In this document: positions 24,430 through 38,056 of the stretch, in pieces
Position numbering within the stretch: the stretch's first letter is position 1
How the letters are laid out: every line of letters begins with the position of its first letter
NCBI RefSeq assembly: GCF_048593235.1
Contig: NC_133617.1
Coordinates: 626,677,120-626,740,957, forward strand
DNA from: Sminthopsis crassicaudata
Lineage: Eukaryota
DNA length: 63,838 nt
Direction of reading: 5' to 3'
Translations under genes and position numbers: made by a program
Notes under the pieces: model-generated
Told to the model about the DNA's origin: nothing
Databases searched by the model: none
The model's input: the letters and a program-made list of their open reading frames with translations, nothing else

Positions 24430-24672
24430 ATTGTTGTTGTTGACAAGTCGTGTCCAAGTCCTTGTAACTCCATTTAGGGTTTTCTTGGTGAAAATACTGT
24501 AATGGTTACTATTTTCTTCTCCAGCTCATTTGACAGATGAGGAAACTCAAACAAACAGGGTTAAGTGACTTGTTCAGGGTCACACAACGAGGAATCTGAG
24601 GCTGGATTTGTATTCAAAAAGATGACTTTTCCCCATGTTATCCCCAAGTCTCTATCCACTGTGTCACCTAGC
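24430..24672 (-). mobile_element. Mar1-type CORE-SINE
   Basis: (ttg)n tail, ttcttctccagctcatttgacagatgaggaaact, aagtgacttgttcagggtcacac. Confidence 0.85.
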
Positions 24673-25704
24673 TAAAAGGACTTAATGTACCTAAAGACCA
24701 TTGTTTTCTCTTATTACTCTGAACCTGTCATTCTGTCACTTAGTAGAACTGAGTTTAAATCTTGGTTCTGAAAATGGCTAGTCATGTGACTAGGAAAGTT
24801 AGTCCCTCTGACTTTGACTTTTCTTTTCTGTAAATGTGGATAATAGTTCATGTGCAGAATTCACATGGAAGAGAGATCTCCTGTACGTGAGAAAGTCCCC
24901 CAGATGCCTCAATTTGTGGCTGACCTTGCACGGATTACATCGAGGCATGGCACTCTGCAGAACCACTTAGAACACATCTGTAACTATTTAAAAGAATTTG
25001 ATATCACTACCTATATATCAAAAACCAAGTGGATGAAGAATGCCTTTTGTCTATATCAGGGGTTCTATGTGAGGTTGAATCCAGTCCTATTTTATTTAAA
25101 AATGTCAAAATCATTCATTTAGCCCTTGGGTAGTACAAAGACAGGTTGTAGTGCATAGTTTGCAAATCCTTGGTTTAGACAATGATATAAAGGAAAGGAA
25201 TAAGCATTTATAAAGTTCCTACTATATGTCAGGCACTGAACTAAGCGTTTTACAAATATTATCTTACTATCTAACATAGTGATATAATTTTTATCCTCTT
25301 CAAGAATAAAGAGAAACAACCAACCAAACAAAAATATCAAAATACCCTGTTTTTCCTTAATATAAAAGAGTTTTGGAAAGAATACTGCACTGGGATTCAT
25401 AAAAATTTGGATTCTAATCCAAGGTAGCCACTTGCTAGCTATGTGACCTTGGGCCAATTACTTAACATTCTGGACCTCAGTTTTCTCATCTATAAAATGG
25501 GGACTAATACTATTTACCTGCCCTATTTACCTCCAAGATACATTATGAAGATCAAATGAGATAATATATGAAAGTATTATAAATTAGAAATTATAGGAAC
25601 ATCTCATACCATATTCTATAATAAACTAAAAATAGATATGTCATCTGAATATTAAGGGTCATGTCATTAAAAAAATTAGAAGAAAATAGATTGTATACCT
25701 ATCA

Positions 25705-27170
25705 TAGCTATGTGTGGGAGATGAATTTTTTACCAAATAAAAGAAAGAGGCAATTAAAAGATAAACTAGATAATTTGATTACACAAAATTGGAAAATTTT
25801 CATATAAACAAAATAGATACATGAAGGATAAGAAGGGAAATGGTCAATTGGGAGAAAAATCTTTATATTGCATATCTCTGTTAAGAATTTGAAATCAATA
25901 GGCAACTATGTACAATACATGTATCTATACAAATATACATGTATATATACATGAATATATATAAAATATGAGTACAGATACATGTAACTATTCGTACATA
26001 TATGTATCTATACAAATATGTATATAAATGCATAGAGATATAGATTTGTATATACACAGATGTATGTTTATACTAGCATATCCATAATATATATATGTAT
26101 GTTAACAAATATATGTAAGCACATGCATGTAAAAACCAAATTCATACTCCAATAGAGAAATGGTCAAAGGATATAAACAAACAGTTTTCAAAAGAAAAAT
26201 TGAAAACTAACAATAGCTATATGAAAAAAAAATACAAATCATAAAAAGTAAGAAAAATGCAAATTAATGCAATTCTAAAATTTCACTTCATATTCAATAA
26301 ATGGACAAAGATTGACAAAAGTTGGGAATCATTAAATTACATTATTGTGGGGAGACAGGCAAACTAATCCTTATGGGTAGAGCTGTGATGAAGTACAATT
26401 CTTCTGAAAAGAAAATTAGCATTATGCAAATAGAAAACTAGAATTTCTATAACTTCTGATTCAGTATTTACAATGTTAAGCATGTATGAAAGGTTCCATA
26501 TTCATTAACATATTTATAAAAGCACTTTTTGTAGTAGCAAAGAAGTTGATTTTCTCTTATTAGGAAATGACTAAAATTGTGGTTCATGAATGTTATAGAA
26601 TATTGGTTATTTCTGGAGGCAATCGAGTTAAGTGAGTTGGCCAGAATCATACAAACTAGTAAGTATCTGAGGAGGATTTGAAGTGAGATCTGCCTGACTA
26701 CAAGCCCAGAGCTCTATCCACTGAGCCACTTACCTGCCCTGATGTTATAGAATATTAATGAACTGTAAGAAAAAATAAGCATAATGAATTACTAAAAATA
26801 TGGGAAGACTGATATGAATTGATGCAAAGTGAATTAAACTGAATCAGGAATACAATATGGATCAGTACAACAATGTCAATGGAAAGTATCATGACCACAA
26901 AACAATATAAACTGACTATTTACAAAAGCACAAAAAGACAAGCATAGCCACAAAGAAGAGATGTGAGAAAATATCTTCCTTAAACCCTACTGCTTTGTAG
27001 AGATGAGATTCCTTTGGTGCAGAACATTGCATATAATGTTGGATTTTTTTCAATACATTGATGGGTTTTGATGAATTTTTATTTTTCTTCTTTCTCTTTA
27101 AAAATTTGTTATTAGGCAGGAGCATATGGTTCTTGAGCTAAGGATGATTTTTGTGTTTTTAAATAAAGTT
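25705..27170 (+). mobile_element. Old L1 ORF2 3' part and 3' UTR, interrupted by AT-rich repeat and a MIR
   Basis: ccaatagagaaatggtcaaaggatataaacaaacagttttcaaaagaa and agcactttttgtagtagcaaagaa. Confidence 0.8.
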
Positions 27171-27339
27171 TTTATTGTATTTTATAATTTATTTAAAATG
27201 TTTACCCCTTATAACAAGGGATGTATCTTTGGAATGAGGGATTCTCTGAGCAGAGGGTAGTATATAGGTGAGATTTGAGTTATTATAAAACAAAACATTC
27301 AAAGTGGGTAATTTAAAAAAATACTATATGCATTTTGTT

Positions 27340-27900
27340 GTTGTTGTTTTTCCTATTTACATCTGGGAGGTGATGCAGTGGCATGCAAATGAATTGAGAG
27401 AGCAGTGCAAAGTCACCAGTCTTATTTTCTTCCCCAGAGCTTCTGGGTCCATTGGCAAGATATAGATCAAGACAATTGGAGATGGCCCTGGATGTAGGGG
27501 GGAGATGTTGACCTTTTAAAACTAAAGTCTTTAATAGGTCTCAGTTTGACAATCCCAGTCAGTGAGTAAGTCTAGATAAGAAAGGAGACAGAGAATGGCC
27601 TCTTTTACCTAGTCAAAAAAAAAAAAAAAAAAAAAAAATCCATCTGGGAGGGAAAGACATTCAGGGTTTCTGGCCAAAACAAAATAATTACTATTACATT
27701 CACTCTGAGTCAATCTGGACCCAAACAACACTAAATGAGGTTTGGCCTAGAACCTATTTTTGATCAATTAATGAGAGCCAGAGTGATTTGGGTTTAGAGC
27801 ATGGTACTAGATTGTAAATCCCAAGATATTATGGGAGGTTTCAGAGATCAAAATTTACATTTCTTTGGGCAGAGCACTTGCAGATAAGGGTATGATACCT
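27340..27900. mobile_element. Marsupial-specific interspersed repeat (WALLSI/RTE-derived type; family name uncertain)
   Basis: ggaggtgatgc...gaattg...aaagtcaccagtct...ggagatggccctggatg; related to 42265-42625. Confidence 0.65.
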
Positions 27901-28202
27901 TATGTGGACAGAGGGAAGGAAAGAGAAAGAAGAAAAAGAAAAGAAAAGAAAACAGCTCTTTTCCTTTCTTTCTTTTTTTTTTTTTGTTTACACATAAATT
28001 CATTTTATACCATCTAAACATCTTGCTTCCATTAATTTATGTAAATCCTTCTTGAGCTTGTTATTATTTTCACTCTGTATAGTGTTTCAGTTCTCCAGCT
28101 AAGAAACTTCCTTAAATAATGATGACCTTAGAAGAGTGGAGTGAATGATTGTCTAAGTGATGTGATTTAAGGGAATATTGGGGATGGGCCAAGGAGCAAG
28201 AG

Positions 28203-28334
28203 NNNNNNNNNNNNNNNNNNNNNNNNNNNNNNNNNNNNNNNNNNNNNNNNNNNNNNNNNNNNNNNNNNNNNNNNNNNNNNNNNNNNNNNNNNNNNNNNNN
28301 NNNNNNNNNNNNNNNNNNNNNNNNNNNNNNNNNN
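28203..28334. other. Assembly gap (132 N) in GA-rich low-complexity sequence
   Basis: Run of N. Confidence 1.
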
Positions 28335-28509
28335 GACAAAGCCAGAGAGACAGAGACAGAGAGACAGAGACAAAGAGACAGAAAGAGCAGGACTAGACAG
28401 TAAAATTTGCATAGGTGCATTTCTTTTAAATATAGATTTCTTTTAAAATTCTGTAAGTAAAGTTGAATTTACATAAATCCAGAATTGTCTGTAATAGGAA
28501 AGCAATATG

Positions 28510-28945
28510 AAAAAATGTGTTGAAGCTTCATTATAAAGAGCTTTTAATTGCAGAATAGAGTAATTTGCATTTTATCCCTGAGGCAGTATGGAGCCATAGA
28601 AGCTTTTTGATTATTGGAAAAGACTGATCATTCCCGTGTTTGAGGAATATCAGTTTGGCAGCCATGTGGAGGATGGATGAGAGAGTTAATGGATTGGATG
28701 CAGGGAGATTAAGTAGGTTTTTTGCAGTAGTCTAGGTAAAAGGTAATGAGGACCTGAGAGAGCCTGGGGCCTCTGAGAGTAAAGATAAAAAGGATGAATG
28801 TAAGATATATTGTGGGGGCAAAACTGATAAGACTTGGCAAATGATTAAATATGTCAAGGAGTAGGGAAAGAAGAGAATCAAGGATACTACAGACTGCAAA
28901 CCTGGATGTGTGGAAGAATGATATAGAAGTTGGATTTAGGGGAAA
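28510..28945 (-). mobile_element. L2 fragment
   Basis: Antisense L2 motifs tttggcagccatgtggaggatgga and gacttggcaaatgattaaatatg. Confidence 0.8.
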
Positions 28946-28984
28946 AGCAATTAATCTCTCAACTAGTATTTGTTAATCATCTAC

Positions 28985-29470
28985 TGTCAAATTCCTTTGT
29001 AATTTAGTCTCCCCCTACCTTTCCAGTCTTCTTGCATCTTACTATTCAGGGTCTGTTCTTTAACTCAGTGACTCTGGCCTCCTGGCTATTGCACAAACGA
29101 GACATTCCATCTCCTAGCTCTGAGCATTCTCTCTAGTTTATCCCCAGTGCCTCTGCCCCAGGAATGCTCTTACTCCATCATTCAGACTTCTGACCTCCCT
29201 GGCTTTCTTTAAATCACAGCTAAAAATCCCACTTTCTACAAGAATTCTACCCTAATCCCTCCAAACCCCAGTGTCTTCCCTCCATTAATTATCTCCTATT
29301 TACTCAGTATATAACTTACTTTGAATATATATGTTTGCCTGATATGCTCCTCCTCCCTTAGATTAAGTGCAGGGAATTTCTTTTGCCTCTTTTTTGTATT
29401 CCCAATACTTAGCACTGTGCCTGACAGTTGGAAGGCATTCAATAAATATTAATTGAATGTATGAATGAAT
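28985..29470 (+). mobile_element. L2 3' fragment
   Basis: ccctacctttccagtcttctt...cttagcactgtgcctgaca...aataaatattaattgaatgtatgaatgaat. Confidence 0.85.
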
Positions 29471-31170
29471 GTGTCAGATACTGTGCTAGGTGCTGGGGTT
29501 ATAAGACTAAAATGGAACTCCCTCTGCCTTCAAGGAATTATATTCAATCATAATACATAAATAAATATATACAAATTAAACCTAAGATACATTTTAGGGA
29601 GGAGGCAGTTAAGAGATCAGAAAAAGTAATGAGCTCCATTTTTGGCATATTGAATATGTGATGCCTTATGGGGTATCCAGATGGAGAAATAAGGCAGTAG
29701 GTGATGGGGATCTAGACAGAAATGATGTCTGGGTATACAGATTTGGGAGTCATCTGGGAGAAATCATAACTGAACTCATGGCACCTGATGAGATCATTAG
29801 AGAAAGGACAGAGAAAAGCAGAGGTTTCAAGACAGAAATCTGGGATATGCACACACATCGGAGCAGGAAATAGTTGATGAGTCAGCAAAAGATACTGAGA
29901 AAGATTAATCCAACAGAAAAAAGAATAATAAAAAGTGAATTGTCATAAAGATGCACAGAGGGGAAATTATATAGGAGAAATGGGTGGTCCACAATGTCAA
30001 ACAATAAATGAAATTCAAGAAGACTGAGAACTGAGAAAAAGTCATTCAATTTAGAAATCAAAATTATTGTAAACTTGATAAAGAACAATTTTGGTTGAAT
30101 TGTGGGATTTCAAAGGCAGACTACAGGAGGTTGAGAAGTGAGGAAAAGGAAACTTCAATGGTTTAGATGGTCTAGGAGTGGCTGGGAAAGGTAGGAGAGA
30201 TACAAAATAGAGGTGGCAAAATTAAATGAAAGCTTTTTAAGGATGAGGAGATCTGGACATGTTTGTAGGCATCAGAAGAGGAGTTATAGAAATTAGAGAT
30301 GGAAGGAAAATGATTGATTCAAAATGGGATGGAATCAAGGTCAAAAGGAAAGGGTTTGGCTATGAAGAGAAGAAAGACCACCTTCTTAGAGATTGTTAAA
30401 AAGAAGAGAATGGCGAGTTTTGTTAAGATGTAGAATTGGATTCAAAAAGGAGCTTATGACTGATGGCCTTGATTTCCCTTAGTAATGTGTAATATGACAT
30501 CCTTTGTTTGGATAGGGGTCATGTTATTAGTAGTCTGAAGGAGAAAAGAAGAGAGGTTTGGAACAGATGGTACAGAGAGTTAATAGAGCCTATTAGGGAG
30601 GAGTGAAGGAATCACACAATACAGCTGTGAGGGCCCAAATGAGATTAAATAACATAAATTTGTAGTTGATTCAGTCAGCATGGTTATGTGACTTTCTCCA
30701 GCTGTGTTTAGCAGCAGAGGAGAGAAGAAGGTGAATGATGACCATAATTGTTGCTTGGGGTTTGAAAAAGATTGAGCAGTGACTGGAAAAAAGGGCAAAA
30801 AAAATTCTAGATCATAGGACAGTGTAAAGGCTAACAGGCTAACTATAGGAATCAACATGGCAAGCAGAGGAAAGTGAGATCAGAATAGAGATAAAGCACC
30901 AGACAAGCAGGGAGAGGTCGAGATGAGAGGTTGTGTTGAAGAGGAGGAAGACTAAGTTTTGGAGGGTTGAGACCTAGGGAGACAGACCTGACAGGAGGCT
31001 ATGACCAGACCAAAAAATATAACTTTTGTGGAGGCTGACCTGATCAAAGATATGACTGCCCTGGATGTGGCTGAAGAATGAAGGTGAAGGTCGGGATAGC
31101 TGAGGAGGTTGATGAATTGGGAGATCAGAGGATTTTTTGCTGGCCCAACCATGCATTCATAGTGTGGGTT
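29470..31170 (-). mobile_element. Long L2 ORF2 remnant (endonuclease to 3' end)
   Basis: ORF 29882-30088 contains VLSLLEFHLLFDIVDHPFLL (RT motif like LLDLSAAFDTVDH); ORF 30952-31173 resembles L2 endonuclease (QFINLL...DLHLH). Confidence 0.85.
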
Positions 31171-31859
31171 CAAACCACCATAAGGTTGGTTTGCCTCAAG
31201 CTGGGAGGGTAAACAGAATTGGGGGAATGCAGAGCTTGTCCAAATTCAGCTCAAGTGTTTTGCATTTTAATATTAACCTAAATGAAATGCTAAGTGGTGG
31301 AAGAATTTGAGTTATTTGGAAATCTGGGGAACTACCACTTTAGCCCTGCAAACTCACCAAGGAATTTAATCTTCAATCATTCCTGTACCTCAATTATTCC
31401 TTCATTTTACAGTTTTTTCCCTCCTTTCCTCCCCATTTCTGAAGCTAGAGATTCTCTAAGAACTCTGAGTATTTTTTTTTACAGTCATGACCTGTGAAAA
31501 TAATAATAATAATAATAGATTTTTACAAAGTACTTTAAGGTGTCCGGAGTGCTTTACTTACACTATCTTTAGGGAGCATCAAATGATTCCTGGATGGTAG
31601 GTATTAAAGCAATCAATTCCTTTTGATTCAATAAACATTCATTAAGGTATATAAGATGCTATGCCAAGAAGCATAGGAAGGAGGATGGACTGATATCATC
31701 TGGCTGAACTCAGATAAGTAATTGTAAATTAATTTGAAGAGGAAATGAATACCAGGAGAATCAGGAAAGATTTCCTTTATGAGGGGAGAACTGAATTGTA
31801 CCTTAAAGGTATATAAACTAGGAGGAACCTGAGTAGGGAATGTATTAACCAATTAACAT

Positions 31860-32090
31860 TTATTAAGAAAGCATCTAGGTAGTAAGTAGAGCACTAAGTC
31901 TAAAGTCAGCAAGATCTGTGTTCAAATATGTGCTCAGACACTTAGCTGTGTGATTTCAGGAAAGTCAAGTTTTATTTGTCTTAATCCACTAAAGAAGGAA
32001 ATAACAAACTATTCCATTATCTTTGTTAAGGAAAACATGGACAATGTGGTCCATGGGATTACAAAGACATGACTGAACAACAATAATAAA
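31860..32090 (+). mobile_element. CORE-SINE with RTE-type tail
   Basis: tagagcactaagtct...gttcaaat...cagacacttagctgtgtga and tail gtggtccatgggattacaaagacatgactgaacaacaa. Confidence 0.7.
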
Positions 32091-33147
32091 TATTCAAGGG
32101 TACTGATAAAATAAAAAAAAAATAAATTTAAAAAAATAGTCCCTGTCTTTAAAGAACTTACGTTCTAATATAGAGTGACATCACATACAGGGAATGGTGG
32201 CCAAAAAAGGGAATCTGGTTTAAATTGTTGCAATGAGCGAGTAGATTTGTAGGACATTTGATCAGATTAGGGGGTCTAAGAACAATAGGTAGAAAGCAGG
32301 AGAGGTGAAATGAATATGGTGACAAGGTAGATGGAAAGATGCCCAAGGTAGTGAATGGATGACATATGCTGCATGGTCTAGTCTTGGTGGGGATGAGGGA
32401 GAACCAGAGTTGGGAGTTGATATAATGGACTTTGTATCTACTCAGTAACTGATCAGGACAGCTGAGAACCAGGATGAGAATTCCAAAACCAGGTGGTATA
32501 ATTTCCCCAGGTGATGGAGTGAATAAAACTCCAACAAAAAGACCCTAGGTCTTTAATAACTAGGTTGTTCATAAGGAGGGGAGGCAAGTAGGAAGGAGCA
32601 CTGACAGGATTATTTGTCTTAAATAGGTTTTTTGTTGTCTTAAATGGACCTTTATTGCAGTAGTCCCTTTGAATTCCTGTTCCAATTCCTGGCACACCCT
32701 CACAGTTACTGTATCCAGTCAGAAGGCAGTATTATGATGTTACCGTTTTAGTTATTTTTCTCTTATAAAAGAACTTACTTGAACCCCACTTCTCTGTGGA
32801 TTCATTAAGAACCACCCACTTTATGGCAGTATATTTTCTAGGGACTTGCCATGCCTTATGGCATCTTCCTCCTGTTCTGATCTTTCTCCTTTTTAATTGT
32901 TAAAAATCCCATATGGAAATTAGTCCACTATCAGCAACCTAAATGAAATCTTCTTCTCTTGATTTGGAGATGGTCACAGCCTACAAATTCTTTTGCTACA
33001 CCTCACGACACTGGCCCCCAACTCCAATATTTTGAGGATCCCCAACATTTGGTGGATCGTACATGCAAGTCCTGAAACACCAATATATTTTTGGGAGTCT
33101 AGCACTTCTGCACCCCTATATCTAATCAATGGTTAATAGCAGAGAAT

Positions 33148-33694
33148 TGTGGAAATCCCCTTTGGGTCAGAGGCACAGGTTCTTCGTGAAAGAATTCACG
33201 AATCCTGAAATATTAATTGGCAAAAATGGAAGTTTATTGTTGGAGAGGAAGCCAGTTTTGCTAAGAGACTGATTTCTTTAGTGGCAAAGTCCTATTAGGG
33301 AAATGGAGGCTGGCACTGAGAAGGGAATGCCTTCTCAGCAGGCAGGGTCCTTTGGACATTCTGCAAAGAATGAATTCAGAAAATTGCCCTTTAAAAAGGA
33401 ATCTTTGAGGCTCAGGTTTCAGGTTGAAAAGAAAGCCAAAGTCCCCAGGCCTAGATGCTTATCAATATCTGGCCCAAATCTCCAGTTGGAATTTAAAAGG
33501 GTCTGTTATTCCCAAAAGATCAATGGGGTGCTTTTTGACCAAGATTTCTAATTGAATAACAACACTTAATTTATCTGGGGAAATATGCTTTCCCAGGAGG
33601 GCCTGAGATTCCAATCTTCTTTCTTTACAGATCAAAAGGGAACACAGTTTTGGAGTATGAATTTTAAAGAGAACATAGTTTCACCCCCCCTTCA
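33148..33694 (-). mobile_element. LTR-like element (ERV solo LTR)
   Basis: Minus strand TGAAGGG...CCACA termini, AATAAA (plus tttattg ~33233) about 85 nt from the 3' end; no TSD found. Confidence 0.7.
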
Positions 33695-36600
33695 ATACAA
33701 GGAGACCTCTGAAACCCTAGTGTTTTGGGGAGGTTCAGTGTTTTGCATCCCATACTCCATCACAAGGATTTCAGGCATAACCTCTGGGAGATCTTGTCTA
33801 GAGTTGTCCAAGGTGGAAAAAAATATGGCAGATAAGGCAGAAAAAGACAAATGGCAAAAGACTAAAGGTAGAAACTTGACTGGGATTTGAAGCATGGGAT
33901 TTTGGGTATCTTCTTGAATATGTCACTGTTTTGTTCTCCAAGGGATAAAATACATTTGAATCCTGTGGCCTGTTCCTTTTCTTCTTCAAGGAACATACTA
34001 CATCAGGAAATCTTTCAGGGGAGATCTAGTGCCCAAATTATTGACTTTAGAAACTCTTGAAACTGGGGTTGCCCATGAGGCAATTCTTAAAGGCTGTGTT
34101 GCTCATTATATTTCCCTTTGCTTCCAGAAAGCCATATTCCAGAATCATGCTACCTGAGGAATTCATAATTCCTGCTCCTTTGTATAGGAGATGGGGATTC
34201 AGGACCAATGTCCTTGAAATCCCTTCTCAGAGCTCGAATAAGCACATTTCTCTTAGAGTAATATGGAGAGCCATTTTATTGGTGAAGAGACTAAGAGAGA
34301 AATAAATGATTTTCACATTTCTGTAGTTTCACAGTGGGAAGATTCTAACTAACCCACACCACTTCTCTATCCTCTTATATAACCTGTTTTGCCATGGTGA
34401 GCACTTCTGAACTTGCCTAATTTGGTCTTCAAACTACATAGTTCATTGTGGAGCTTTCCACCTTGAGAGAATTTGCAAGAGGGAAACTGCTCCCAGAATA
34501 TCCTTTGTAGGCCCAGGGACCCTTCCCCATCATCTCACTTTACGAATTTTTTAAAACATTAGTATTCTCTTGGTAATTATAATTAGTCATCATTTAAGTC
34601 CTACCCTGATGCCATTTTGGAGTTTGTGGGTGGTTCTATCAAACTGGAAAGATTTTGAGTATGATTGGTGATGGAGCCTTCTTGTCTTGTTGTAAGTCCA
34701 GGCAGGCCACAGGGTGATTTATTATTTGACCATAGCATTTAAGAAGACATTGAACTATAAAATAGAGAAGTTGCAATCTATAGGATATAGAAGTAAACTA
34801 CATTAAGGAAATTCTAGTATTATAGGGTATAGAGCTGGAAAGAACCTCAGAGGCCAGTAAGACCCTTTATGTTACAGATGAGGAATTAAGTGACTTGTTC
34901 AAGGTCAAAGATAGAATTTGAACCAATTCTAAAGCCAGTATTCTTTCCACTACTTATCATACTATTTCACTTCCAGATCTTTAAAGTGCTGAAAATTTTG
35001 TAATTATGAAGGGTTTGAATAAATAGGGTTTGTTTTTTTAATGTCCTTGATTTTCCAAGTCTGAACTCCATAGTTGGAAAAAAGTGGGAGTTAAGAATAA
35101 ATGATGTCATATATTGGAATCACTAAAGAGAAAAGGTAAAATATTTGATCCCTTTCATTCCACATTTTGGCCAAGTGCTGAAATATAATCACAGGGATAT
35201 TTTCTGGCAAGGCACATATAATTTAGGTTCTGTTTTCCAGAGCCCCAGAGACTCCTCCCTCCCAGCACATCAATGTTTCTGTCCTATCAGTTTTCCCCAA
35301 ATAGAATCCTGCTTGCAAGCTCTCGAATCTGACACATATCCCAGTTCATTCACACTTTGGAGATACCATATGTTAACTCACAGCTGTGCTGTAGCATGAG
35401 GTTAAAAAAAAAGCTTACTCTGCCTCCACTGATACACCCACGATGTCTCTTCCAGCGGAACTGTTTAGGATTGAGAACAGCTTGCTTAATACAAATGTGT
35501 CTCCGATCTTTTATGGAGCTGACATTTTCTCATGATATGGTATACTCTCTGCCGACATTGCAGATAAACTTTTTCCTATTAAGAATTGGCTGTTCTCATG
35601 GTAACAGAGCCAGTCCCTTTTAAGAGCACGGCATCCATCATCTCAGCTAATTTTCTGTTTGCAGATTCTTACACATCACCTGTAGGATTATGGAATGGCC
35701 CGGGTTCTTCTTGGCCTTTGAAGGCCAACAGGGAACAATAATTGAGAACAATCTTTCCTGAAGAATTAATTTCTAAAGTCTGGAGGTCTCTCTCATTCCC
35801 ATGTATTTAACTGGTCATCAAACTTATTTCTAGCCCTCAGTTATAGGTTGGAATACAACACACATAAACAGGTAGAGCAATTGATTGGGTTCTCACTCTT
35901 CCAGAGTATAAATTGGACAAATCTCCCGTTCTGGGTGCAAGGGGAATCCCTGAAAGGTTAGAATGTCTCTTTCTCTATCTAGTGTTATGACTTTGGGTCC
36001 CCATTCCAGTGCCTTCCCCTCACTCTTAATCACTTGTGACTAGTGTTTCAAGTTCCATTTAACCAATTAATCTGACTTCATATGGACTTCATAGATATAA
36101 TGTGAATAGAAATATAAAGATTTCACTCTAATACCTAGGATACATATTTCCTCCCATATCACCTCAGTTCCTGAAGAGACTTAAAACTTAAAGTAGTTTC
36201 TAGATAATTGATCCCACCAAGGTCATACTCAGATGTGTCATAGTATTCTGGGCTATACTCTGAAAGACATTACTCTGGATGGTGGACAGGATGACTATCA
36301 AACTCAGCACCCAGCCCTGCTGGCCAATGTTCTTAAGGTAATAGCCATCTCCAATATCCTTGACTTTGAAATGAAATAAGAATTCCATATCCCTGGCATA
36401 TATATCGGTCTTGAATGGGGAAGACTCAAAGCCTCTCCTTTTATAGTAGTGATGCTCTTTTCACCTGAATGCAACTAGGCATGGAGTTAAACCCCCCCAA
36501 AAAAAGAAAGAAAAAAAGAAAGAAAGGTTGGTCTGACTAGTGCTTTTGTAATGTATCCCAATTTCAGCTCCTTAGTTAATCAAAGAGACTTCTCTTCATT

Positions 36601-37562
36601 ATGTGGTGAATAGATCAAAAACATGTAGAGAATATCTGTCCATCTTCCAGGTAGGATTTTCATTAGCTGGGCACTCGGCACATGTCCATCAATGCTGGAT
36701 CTCCAGGAAAACATAACCAAATGAAGTAAATATTTCTATTTGGAGTCCTATAGTTTTGGGGTTCTTTTAATCTTATGGAGGAAGATTTTGCAAGAACACC
36801 TCATAAAGATGTAAAGTGTTAGAGGGAAAAACACATGTATAGATAATTTAGTAAGAAAACCAGTTAAGGCAGATTATCCCAATGCATTTAAGGATAAAAC
36901 TAGGAAGGAAAGCAATATCCCAAAATGAAAAATATCTGCAAATATTTCTATAATAGACTCTTTTTTCCATCAATGACATTGAAGCCAGTTAGGAAATGAG
37001 AGATTATTTGACTTGTCCATGATCACATACTTAGTAGACATTAAAGACAAGACTCAGAAGTTCCTGGATCTTTCTACCCACTCTCTATCCACTATGCCAT
37101 GATTCTTCAACTCTTCTTTCAAGTGCTTTGTTCCCTTTACACTCATGATATGTCTCCAACATTTTTTTTTTTGCAAGTCTGGAATCTGAAGTAGAATACC
37201 CTATTAGTAGATTATAATGGGAAGGAGTATAATGTTGGACTCTGTTTGACTAAACTTTTCCTATCTTAGTACTCCTCTACTTCATTTCCTTCTCTCCAAA
37301 TCAATTTAATTTCCCCCAGGTATTAGAATTCCTAGTTAAAGCTCTGCAACCCCCTTCCCACTTTTGAATGCATCCACTACCCCCATAGGCAGTACATTAT
37401 AATTTCTATTATGGCAGGCTATATAGCTTATCTAAAGTTATATTTTAGATGGCTTACTGTAGGCACTTTTGAATTTTTTTTAATAAAAAGGGCAAAGGTA
37501 AACCAACTGACATCCAAATTGTTGTAGATTGTGCTATTAATTAATGAGGTTATATTATAGGG

Positions 37563-37787
37563 AGCAACAAGATGGTGTAGTGGATAGAGCACTGGATTGG
37601 AAAAAATCTTGATAGGAAAACTTGAAGGCAAAAGGAAAAGGGGACAGCAGAGGATGAGATGGTTAGGTAGTGTTACAGAAACAATGAACATGAACTTGAA
37701 CAGACTTCTGGAGATAGTGGAGAATAGAAGGGCTTGGCACACTATGGTTCATGGGGTCACAAAGAGCTGGATGTGACTGAACAAAAA
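37563..37787 (+). mobile_element. MIR head fused to RTE/BovB-like 3' end
   Basis: ggtgtagtggatagagcactggattgg then gaaggcaaaaggaaaaggggacagcagaggatgagatgg...ggggtcacaaagagctggatgtgactgaacaa. Confidence 0.8.
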
Positions 37788-38056
37788 TTATATTATTTTA
37801 TTTACTTAGCATTTCTTGATAACAAGGATGTATTTCAAAGTCTGGGAGTTGAGTCAACATATTAGTATAAAAAAAACTACACTGAGAATTGAGAATCTAG
37901 TTCTGTGGCTAACTACATGTATGATCTTCAATAAGTTAAAACTTTGGGCCTCAGTTTCCTTATCTATAACATTTAGAGAGATGTACAAATTTATCTCTTA
38001 AGGTACCTTGTAGCTGTAAAAGACCACAGTCTTCTTAGCTATTACCTTTCACAATA

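Noticed and set aside
32453-32695. GIGTGI resembling a retroviral Env fusion peptide
   Set aside because: No heptad, immunosuppressive domain or CX6CC motif follows, and it is on the wrong side of the nearby LTR for env.
36226-36475. Plus frame MCHSILGYTLKDITLDGGQDDYQTQHPALLANVLK... with a possible donor
   Set aside because: Weak acceptor, internal stop if read through, and no recognised homology.
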